Source of the DNA: a virus
Lineage: Duplodnaviria; Caudoviricetes
Direction: 5' to 3' (one strand)
Length of the DNA stretch: 31,958 nt
IMG/VR virus record: IMGVR_UViG_3300044701_001735
Location: 1-31,958 of that record
Position 1 is the stretch's first letter, and every line of letters begins with the position of its first letter. The notes beneath the pieces are model-generated. The model did not search any database. It saw nothing but the letters and a program-made list of their open reading frames with translations, and was not told the DNA's origin. The translations under genes were made by a program, and so were the position numbers. Of the stretch, positions 25,363 to 31,958 are shown piece after piece.

Positions 25363-25890
25363 TTAGATGATTGTAGAATCCTTACCCAATGCTTTTTTAA
25401 TCATGTCATCTACAAACGTCTGATTCTTTTCCATTGAGTTTGCGATATTATTACCAACGGTCTGAACAACTTTAAGGGTTCCACAGAATCCTTCAAACTT
25501 TTCCATCAATTCGTCGTTAGCATCAATATCCAAGCTATACCCATAGATTGTTACATCGTCAAAGGAGAATGTTTCGCGTGAGTTATCGTAGTAAACGATT
25601 TCCTGAAGTACCGTGAAGTACGGTGAGCGGCCACCGTCATAAATCTTCTCATCTTGCTTGTGTAGAATTTGAGCAAGATTCCAGTCTACTTTGCCGCCCT
25701 CGAAAGATAGATCATAACCTTCAAAAGTCTTGTTGGCAGTAATTGACTTCTGACCAATAGACCTTGACTTTTTAATTTCTCCCAATTCTTTAACTGAGAA
25801 TTTGGAGATTTCACCAACCTGTACATCTTGACCACTTGAATTACGAACTAAAATCTTGGCTTGATTGCCTCTAATCCTCGGCTTGCCCAT
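25363..25890 (-). CDS. Tail tube protein (paralog 1, probable major tube)
   Basis: 175 aa directly after sheath, with AGGAAAGGAAA RBS. RIRG..GEISKFS..KKSRSIG..EGYDLSF..FDDVTIY. Confidence 0.75.
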   Translation of the reverse strand: MGKPRIRGNQAKILVRNSSGQDVQVGEISKFSVKELGEIKKSRSIGQKSITANKTFEGYDLSFEGGKVDWNLAQILHKQDEKIYDGGRSPYFTVLQEIVYYDNSRETFSFDDVTIYGYSLDIDANDELMEKFEGFCGTLKVVQTVGNNIANSMEKNQTFVDDMIKKALGKDSTII

Positions 25891-25935
25891 GTGTTTCCTT
25901 TCCTCTTATAACTGATATTCTTAAGGCATAGTGTA

Positions 25936-25957
25936 GTGGGGAGAATTATCTCCCCAC
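25936..25957 (-). other. 9-bp hairpin between sheath and tube genes (no U-tract)
   Basis: GTGGGGAGA-ATTA-TCTCCCCAC on the + strand. Confidence 0.65.
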
Positions 25958-25972
25958 AATTCACTTTACTTA

Positions 25973-27445
25973 TTAAGCAACAGTTAGAACCTTCGCTTCT
26001 GAAGCGTCTAGCGTTACGTTGATAAAGTCTGCTGGACTCCACAATGAGATTTGAACATCCACAATCATCTTAGCTTGTTGTACGCTTGAATCTGGATTGT
26101 TTTCTGAGTCGCATTTAACGGCGAATGCTTTTCCGCCATTTACCCTACCGATTTTACCCATTGATACTTCGTTCTGAATTAGTGAGTTCAATACTGACAC
26201 TACTTCAAAGCGCAATGCTTGGTTGTGCGGCCTTGAAACGAATTGTTGCAATCCGGTTTCAAACGTCTTAGCGAAGAAGTTTACCGCACGACGACGGGTG
26301 ATGTTAGCCTTGGCTGGCTCATTGGATGCGTTGTATCCGTTACGTACAACGAAGCCGAATCCTGCTAGAAGCGTAATGGGTGATACACGACTCTTTGATA
26401 GTTGATCAACGTCTGAGCGTGTTAGCGCCCTTTCCGTGCCAATTACGCCATTTATTGCTTGGCGTGAAGGGGATACATGGTAGGAGAGGGTTGATAATAG
26501 TCCTGCGTAGAAAGAGGTTGGGCTGTGATATTCCTTCTTGTTGTTGTTTGGGTTCAAGACTTGTTGGAAGGGGTATGTCATAATACAACGATCGGTATTG
26601 AATGAGCCCATAAAGGTTTTAAGCGATGATACGCTTGTTCCTAACGCTGGGGCACATACAGCCATACGAGGCGTTACGGTAACAAGAGTACAATGGTCTT
26701 TTAGTGCTTCTGACATAGCTTGATTTGCGCGTGTGCAGACAATGATTTCAACTTCTTCATCTGCTTCTAGCGCCACTAGGCCACTTAGTCCCTTTAGTTC
26801 GTCGTTAACACCGACATAAGCTGAATCAAGTAGAGCGGAACCTTCTACCAAACCATTTGAACCACCAGTGAACGTGTACGTTCCAACTGCGGGGTTTGAT
26901 GATCCAGTAGTCAATAACTGTACGAAGTCGTCTACCTGAAGTGCTGCACCCATTATGGTAGCAACATAACTATCACTTGAAGAATCGGTGAAGGTTACTG
27001 ACTTGTATGAGTAACTTTCTTTACCATATGAGAATAGTAAATCAACAAAGCCTGCAATACTGCTTGCTGAAACTTTTAGAGTTACTGAATTACCCCATGA
27101 ACCTGCGCTGGTTAGTTGGAAGGTGGTTCCTGATACAGTTGCAGTTGCCGCTTTTTCTTCGCCATCTGTGATACGAACGAAGTCAACGATGCTTGCTCCT
27201 GCGCGGAATAGGTTGTACATATACATGTAGCCTTCGCCGCCGTGTGCTGCATGGTATCCGCCAAATAAACGAGTAAAATCTGCAAGTGAACCCAAGCGAG
27301 TTGGGACGCCAACAGGTCCACGAATCGCTTGTCCTACTACACCTACAACGCCAATGGCGGAAGCGCGGATTGATGGTGCTGGTGAAGCCTCTAAAAGATT
27401 TACGTCTGGCGTGAACTGATTATCAAAGTTTGATACAATCGCCAT
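25973..27445 (-). CDS. Contractile tail sheath protein
   Basis: 490 aa. GVVGQAIRGPVGVPTRLGSLADFTRLFG, GSWGN, YPFQQV, NITRRR, AFAVKCDSENN, PADFI. Confidence 0.95.
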   Translation of the reverse strand: MAIVSNFDNQFTPDVNLLEASPAPSIRASAIGVVGVVGQAIRGPVGVPTRLGSLADFTRLFGGYHAAHGGEGYMYMYNLFRAGASIVDFVRITDGEEKAATATVSGTTFQLTSAGSWGNSVTLKVSASSIAGFVDLLFSYGKESYSYKSVTFTDSSSDSYVATIMGAALQVDDFVQLLTTGSSNPAVGTYTFTGGSNGLVEGSALLDSAYVGVNDELKGLSGLVALEADEEVEIIVCTRANQAMSEALKDHCTLVTVTPRMAVCAPALGTSVSSLKTFMGSFNTDRCIMTYPFQQVLNPNNNKKEYHSPTSFYAGLLSTLSYHVSPSRQAINGVIGTERALTRSDVDQLSKSRVSPITLLAGFGFVVRNGYNASNEPAKANITRRRAVNFFAKTFETGLQQFVSRPHNQALRFEVVSVLNSLIQNEVSMGKIGRVNGGKAFAVKCDSENNPDSSVQQAKMIVDVQISLWSPADFINVTLDASEAKVLTVA

Positions 27446-27511
27446 TATCTATTATTTCCTTTCCTACCTAAGAGAATATAACATATCTATTATATTAGAC
27501 ACTTATAAAGT

Positions 27512-27533
27512 AAAAGGCCCCCTTTCGGGGGCC
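27512..27533 (-). terminator. Rho-independent terminator after repeat protein
   Basis: Minus strand GGCCCCC-GAAA-GGGGGCC-TTTT. Confidence 0.85.
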
Positions 27534-27550
27534 AGTGCTGTTGCTATTAT

Positions 27551-29851
27551 TTATACAGCAGCGCGATACCAGATTTCAACCTTGTCATCGACTTCGATGG
27601 TGAAGGGTACGACGAGTTTCAACTTACGGATTACGCCGGTTCCATCATCAACGATTTCGAAGTCAGCGGTTGAACCCATACGCTGAATGACACCGTTGAC
27701 GGATAGAATGGGCTTGGAGCCTGATACTAGGCCGCTTGGAGCAGCAGCTAGGATGTACTCACCGTTTGAGTCGAAGCTAACGATTTCCATATCTACCGCA
27801 TTACCTTGTTGTGACTTGAACGTGTTGAACGCACTGGTTAGTGACGCAACTAGACCACTTAGAGCAGTATCATTGCTGATACGCGCTTGCTCTTCGCTTG
27901 CTAGACTTGCTACTACACCTGATACTGCAACTTGGCGGGCTAGGACTTCAGCGTTTAGATCAGATACGATACCTGATAGTGAGGTTGAAGTACCACCGGC
28001 TAGGTTGGAGATTGCAGCGGCAATTGCGGCATCACGATCAACGACTTCTTGCGCTAAGTCAGAAGTTAGTCCTGATACGGCAGTTTGGCGAGCAAGCGTT
28101 TCAGCGGCTAGATCCGCAATGACGCCTGAGACTGCAACTTGGCGAGCCAAGGTTTCCGCAGCTAGGTCGGCAACAACACCTGAGACAGCTACTTGACGAG
28201 CAAGCGTTTCTGCCGCTAGGTCTGAGGCCAAGCCTGAGACAGCAGTCTGACGTGCTAGGGTTTCAGCAGCTAGATCGGCTACTACGCCTGATACGGCAAC
28301 TTGACGCGCTAGAGTTTCGGCAGCTAGATCAGATACGACACCTGATACGGCTACTTGGCGGGCTAGAGTTTCGGCAGCTAGATCAGATACGACACCTGAT
28401 ACGGCTACTTGGCGGGCTAGGGTTTCGGCAGCTAGGTCAGCAACAACACCAGAAACGGCGACTTGGCGAGCCAAAGTCTCCGCAGCTAGGTCAGAGGTTA
28501 GACCTGATACAGCGGTTTGACGCGCTAGGGTTTCAGCCGCTAGATCTGAAGCTAAGCCTGATACAGCAGCTTGACGATCAGCGATTTCGGTATTTAGAGC
28601 AGCGGTTACGCCGGAGACAGCAGCCTGACGGTCAGCGATTTCCGTGTTTAGAGCAGCCGTTACGCCAGATACCGCAGCTTGGCGGTCAGCGATTTCGGTA
28701 TTGAGGGCAGCAGTTACGCCGGATACCGCAGCTTGGCGATCGGCGATTTCGGTATTGAGGGCGGCGGTGACACCTGATACTGCCGCTTGGCGGTCAGCGA
28801 TTTCGGTGTTGAGTGCAGCGGTAACGCCTGAAACAGCGGCTTGGCGGTTAGCAATTTCGGTATTGAGTGAAGCCGTTACGCCGGATACTGCCGCTTGACG
28901 GTCGGCAATTTCGGTATTAAGGGCTGCAACAGTACCAGTGATTGCGCCACTGAGGGCCGCTTCAGCAGCCAACGCACGAGCAACTTCATCAGCTAGGTCG
29001 AAACCTAGTTGTGCCTCAGCAGCGGTTGCGCGAGCGACTTCGGCTGATAGGTCGCTTACTGCGCCTGAAAGGGCGGTTGATTGCGTGGTGCCTTGGCTTG
29101 CTAGTTGTGATAGAATGGCGCTTACTGCTGATTCGCGGCTTGCGACTTCTAGTGCTAGACTGCTATCCAAACCATCCAAGCGTGACTTAATGTTGCCACT
29201 GGCAGCGAAGGCAGCTTGGCCGGTTCCCAAGAACGCACCTGATTGACCGTAAATGTCTTTCAATAGCTGTTGGAGATCGTTGTCTACTGCTAGATCAACA
29301 ACACCATGGTAGAACTTCTTGGTGGTGTTTTCGGGGCGGATTTCGTCGAGTGAGAAGCGTTGTAGGAACTGGTAAAGTACGCCGGTTACGCCTGAAGGAA
29401 CTACTGCTGAAGCATAGGTTCCGTCTGCATTGTCAGCGAAGAACTTTAGCATGGTTCCACTGGTTGCGGTATCGACTTCCAAGAACGCTACGATTTCACG
29501 ACCTTGTGAATCTTGCATTGGGGTCTTGTCTGCCGCATTTAGAAGAAGAACCTTGGCTTTTTCATGAGGGGTTGCAGTGGGCGCTGCATCGCTGGTGCGG
29601 TAAGCGAACTTACCCTTGTTGACTACGCGATTTTCGTTGTCAGAGTAAAGGGCGCTGTCTGAGAATAGGAAAGGACCATTGAGTGAGATTGACGCACTGG
29701 AACCACCGGCTGTAACGGATAAAGCCGCAGCACCTTGAACGTAATCTTCAACAGGTTTGGTAGCTAGAATGTTACTAGCTGCATTCGTTGAAATAGAGTC
29801 AAACTCAATAGAACGTGCTAGAGCTTGACTCTTAAGATTAATCCTACGCAT
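27551..29851 (-). CDS. Long coiled-coil fibre/whisker-like structural protein with 18-aa repeats
   Basis: 766 aa. Globular N- and C-termini flank 16 tandem 18-residue repeats. Lies in the neck-sheath region with its own terminator. Confidence 0.7.
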   Translation of the reverse strand: MRRINLKSQALARSIEFDSISTNAASNILATKPVEDYVQGAAALSVTAGGSSASISLNGPFLFSDSALYSDNENRVVNKGKFAYRTSDAAPTATPHEKAKVLLLNAADKTPMQDSQGREIVAFLEVDTATSGTMLKFFADNADGTYASAVVPSGVTGVLYQFLQRFSLDEIRPENTTKKFYHGVVDLAVDNDLQQLLKDIYGQSGAFLGTGQAAFAASGNIKSRLDGLDSSLALEVASRESAVSAILSQLASQGTTQSTALSGAVSDLSAEVARATAAEAQLGFDLADEVARALAAEAALSGAITGTVAALNTEIADRQAAVSGVTASLNTEIANRQAAVSGVTAALNTEIADRQAAVSGVTAALNTEIADRQAAVSGVTAALNTEIADRQAAVSGVTAALNTEIADRQAAVSGVTAALNTEIADRQAAVSGLASDLAAETLARQTAVSGLTSDLAAETLARQVAVSGVVADLAAETLARQVAVSGVVSDLAAETLARQVAVSGVVSDLAAETLARQVAVSGVVADLAAETLARQTAVSGLASDLAAETLARQVAVSGVVADLAAETLARQVAVSGVIADLAAETLARQTAVSGLTSDLAQEVVDRDAAIAAAISNLAGGTSTSLSGIVSDLNAEVLARQVAVSGVVASLASEEQARISNDTALSGLVASLTSAFNTFKSQQGNAVDMEIVSFDSNGEYILAAAPSGLVSGSKPILSVNGVIQRMGSTADFEIVDDGTGVIRKLKLVVPFTIEVDDKVEIWYRAAV
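28064..28927 (-). repeat. 16 x 54-bp coding tandem repeat
   Basis: 7 x AALNTEIADRQAAVSGVT-type units then 9 x (S/A)DLAAETLARQ(V/T)AVSG(V/L)x units. Confidence 0.93.
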
Positions 29852-29879
29852 TTTATTCTGTTTTTCCTTTCATAAGAAA

Positions 29880-30161
29880 CTAAGCGACTAAGTAATCAAC
29901 GGAGACATAATCATCACTGGTGATCTCTTCACTTGATAACCAAGAGAAAGATTTACCATCTGGGTTTTCCACGTAATCAAGATTAGGAGCCTGACAAACT
30001 CCATTTACATAGACTTTTAAACTTCCAAGTGCGATAGGATAAACCGTATCTAACTCAAAGTTTAGGTTGTCGTTTGTGGCTGGAATTTTATTGTACCTAA
30101 AAGCATCTGCTGTTACGTAGGCCGAACCAACGCCTCCAAAACCGAATGTTGTCCAAGTCAA
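29880..30161 (-). CDS. Small beta-rich virion protein
   Basis: 93 aa. LKVYVNGVCQAPNLDY...DDYVSVDY resembles the C-terminal domain of the adjacent 766-aa protein. Confidence 0.6.
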   Translation of the reverse strand: MTWTTFGFGGVGSAYVTADAFRYNKIPATNDNLNFELDTVYPIALGSLKVYVNGVCQAPNLDYVENPDGKSFSWLSSEEITSDDYVSVDYLVA

Positions 30162-30958
30162 GGGTTATAACCTCCAACAATAACACTTACTTTTCCCTGA
30201 ATATCTACTGGCATTAAATATAAGTCTGCTGGGCTTTGAATATCTAAGATGAGTCTCTTTGTTGTTGTTATTCTATGGCTTACATCCCCTGAGATATATT
30301 TGTCCAATAAAGGATTCCAAACTAGAGGTAGAAGCTGAATGTATGAGTTTGCTTCTACAATATCTACATCAATAATTAGTTGTGAGTACCCGTTAAAGTT
30401 TAGCCCTTTTTGCATCAGTGGAATATCGACTTCTTTATCCAGAATTGTTATTTCGTCGTGCATTTTTATGAAGCTGGGTGGTTCCGCCATTCTTGGTGGG
30501 CCGGGAGGACCCTGCGGGCCGGGCGGTCCTTGAGGCCCTTCGATCACAGACACATCAGCTGTCTTGGACAGCATAAGCCATCCGTATGATGTTGCTCTTA
30601 ATGCTATATAATCGTTTGTGCTATTTAGTAATACTTCAGACAATCCATCTATTAATTGACCGCTGGCGGCTTGGATACGAACCACATTTACTGTATCGTC
30701 TACCTTTTTAAACTCGTACTTCTTTCCGTAAAGTGTTGCGGCGCGTGGTAGCGTTACAACTATTTCTCCGGTGGTTGCATCACATAATGATAATCCGTCG
30801 AGTTCTTGTAGTGTAAAACTTGAGTTTCGCTCGAATATTTCCTCAGAGTTAATATCTTTAACTCTTGTTCGCCTCGTCTTGTTGTTCTGAACTATTACTA
30901 AAGTGTCTTCGTTGTATAACCTATTCGCAATAGGTAAGCTTGTAATTTTTACTGCCAT
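30158..30958 (-). CDS. Short collagen-containing fibre protein
   Basis: 266 aa. KITSLP N-terminus, CDATTGEIVVTLP...KKVD...IDG domain, GPQGPPGPQGPPGPP tract. Confidence 0.7.
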   Translation of the reverse strand: MAVKITSLPIANRLYNEDTLVIVQNNKTRRTRVKDINSEEIFERNSSFTLQELDGLSLCDATTGEIVVTLPRAATLYGKKYEFKKVDDTVNVVRIQAASGQLIDGLSEVLLNSTNDYIALRATSYGWLMLSKTADVSVIEGPQGPPGPQGPPGPPRMAEPPSFIKMHDEITILDKEVDIPLMQKGLNFNGYSQLIIDVDIVEANSYIQLLPLVWNPLLDKYISGDVSHRITTTKRLILDIQSPADLYLMPVDIQGKVSVIVGGYNP

Positions 30959-30972
30959 TTGCGCCCCTTAAG

Positions 30973-31692
30973 TCATGGATCATTTGAAATAGGCAATACG
31001 ATTACTGCTGAATTTTCTGTCAACAGAACGTCCTCATCATCAATACTAACGATTGATAGATAATATTCCGAATCCAATAAACCTGTCCCTAATATTGTAT
31101 TAGTTACATTTTCAATTGGGTGATTCAATGATCCATTAGATGTTTGAATATTGGTTTCAATTGCGTCTACAACGAAGCCAGTTGACTCACTAAATACTTG
31201 GCCGCATAGAACCACATTAAATACTTTTACATATGGCCTATGCTGATCCGTATCATGGTGTCCATTATATTCAACTGAAAAGTATTGATTCGGAAGTGGG
31301 TCGTCTATCGTGTAGTAGTGCGAATTTCTTGCCAACTCAAACATAATCTGGTTGCCAATAAGCCTCTGCTCTTTTCTTGTGTTAGTGAATAAATAAATAG
31401 ATAAAGGTACATGAATTTCTCCAAGTGGTTCGTATATCTTTATTTCGTTTAAACTTTTAACAGCAATTGGTTTATCACCGTATACATTAATCTTGTATTT
31501 AACGTCATTGAAGTAGCGCATGCCGACTGATGGGAATTTTTGATCATTTACTGATGGTTGATTGGAGCCGTCGTATTTATTTACGAGGGAAAAGTCCGGC
31601 ATTTTTGCCAACACTCTGCCTGTCGGTATTCCGGTGATTTGAGATATTTTTATGCACATTGTGCCGAGCATTAAGTCTTCCAAGTCTCTCAT
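30973..31692 (-). CDS. Tail completion/terminator-like protein (putative)
   Basis: 239 aa between neck gene and sheath. KFPSVGM and LSIYLFT pattern. Call is mostly positional. Confidence 0.45.
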   Translation of the reverse strand: MRDLEDLMLGTMCIKISQITGIPTGRVLAKMPDFSLVNKYDGSNQPSVNDQKFPSVGMRYFNDVKYKINVYGDKPIAVKSLNEIKIYEPLGEIHVPLSIYLFTNTRKEQRLIGNQIMFELARNSHYYTIDDPLPNQYFSVEYNGHHDTDQHRPYVKVFNVVLCGQVFSESTGFVVDAIETNIQTSNGSLNHPIENVTNTILGTGLLDSEYYLSIVSIDDEDVLLTENSAVIVLPISNDP

Positions 31693-31695
31693 AAA

Positions 31696-31958
31696 TCACT
31701 TGACCTTAAACCATGATTTCCAGTCACCACCGTTGGCCATTTCTTTTATGGCTTGTTCGATTATGAATTTCAAATCCGAATCCGATACAGACTCATATAC
31801 GGCATCTTGAATTGCTGGCCTTAGAAAGGGTCTTGGTGGAATAATTGCCTGAACTGGATCTAAGACAACTGCCCCATATTCTTGCACTTCTGCATATTTG
31901 GCTACTGCCGGATTATCAATTCCAATTTCAACCATCACCTTGTTCATGTAAACTGTAG
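31696..31958 (-). CDS. Neck / virion morphogenesis protein (HK97 gp10/Mu gpG-like), 5'-truncated
   Basis: YAEVQEYGA...IPPRPFLRPAI signature. The frame stays open to the window edge. Confidence 0.75.
   Translation of the reverse strand, partial: TVYMNKVMVEIGIDNPAVAKYAEVQEYGAVVLDPVQAIIPPRPFLRPAIQDAVYESVSDSDLKFIIEQAIKEMANGGDWKSWFKVK

Noticed and set aside
27489-27494. TATAAT upstream of the sheath gene as a sigma70 promoter
   Set aside because: No -35 box at 16-18 bp and no correctly placed extended -10 TG. The context is AT-rich.
28064-28927. 54-bp periodic repeats as a possible CRISPR array
   Set aside because: No unique spacers. Units are contiguous, in frame and vary mainly at synonymous sites. 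No cas genes are present.
27687-29622. Several + strand ORFs (74-169 aa) over the repeat gene
   Set aside because: Antisense shadows caused by GC-rich repetitive codons lacking stops.
1-31958. Alternative genetic code (stop-codon reassignment)
   Set aside because: Genes tile densely in the standard code, and TAA, TAG and TGA all end well-recognised genes.
9429-31958. Tailocin, eCIS or T6SS rather than phage
   Set aside because: Terminase, portal and neck genes are present. No Afp15-type ATPase or T6SS membrane complex is seen.

Overview
This window is part of a tailed dsDNA phage genome with a contractile tail (myovirus type), arranged as two convergent gene blocks. The + strand block (1-9.4 kb) holds the DNA-packaging genes: an HTH small terminase, a large terminase interrupted by a 342-aa LAGLIDADG intein in its Walker A motif, and a portal. 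Flanking these are a GT-B glycosyltransferase, two GT-A glycosyltransferases, a dTDP-glucose 4,6-dehydratase and a probable PD-(D/E)XK resolvase. The - strand block (31.9 kb down to 9.4 kb) is a tail and lysis operon. In order it encodes neck/terminator proteins, fibres, an 18-aa-repeat coiled-coil protein, sheath, three tandem tube-like paralogs, a tail chaperone with an unannotated -1 frameshift extension, tape measure, baseplate, collagen-like fibres and an amidase/holin cassette. No capsid, protease, integrase, RNA gene or CRISPR array was recognised. Most notable: (1) a phage glycan-synthesis gene set around the packaging genes, alongside five CBM5/12-like modules in four tail proteins; (2) a 13-bp hairpin covering the endolysin RBS; (3) a GGGGGAG -1 frameshift with a downstream hairpin; (4) triplicated tube genes; (5) a Gly/RGG/F-N low-complexity domain in the tape measure; (6) a sigma70-type promoter that predicts a leaderless mRNA. 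All family calls are motif recognition by eye, not database searches.
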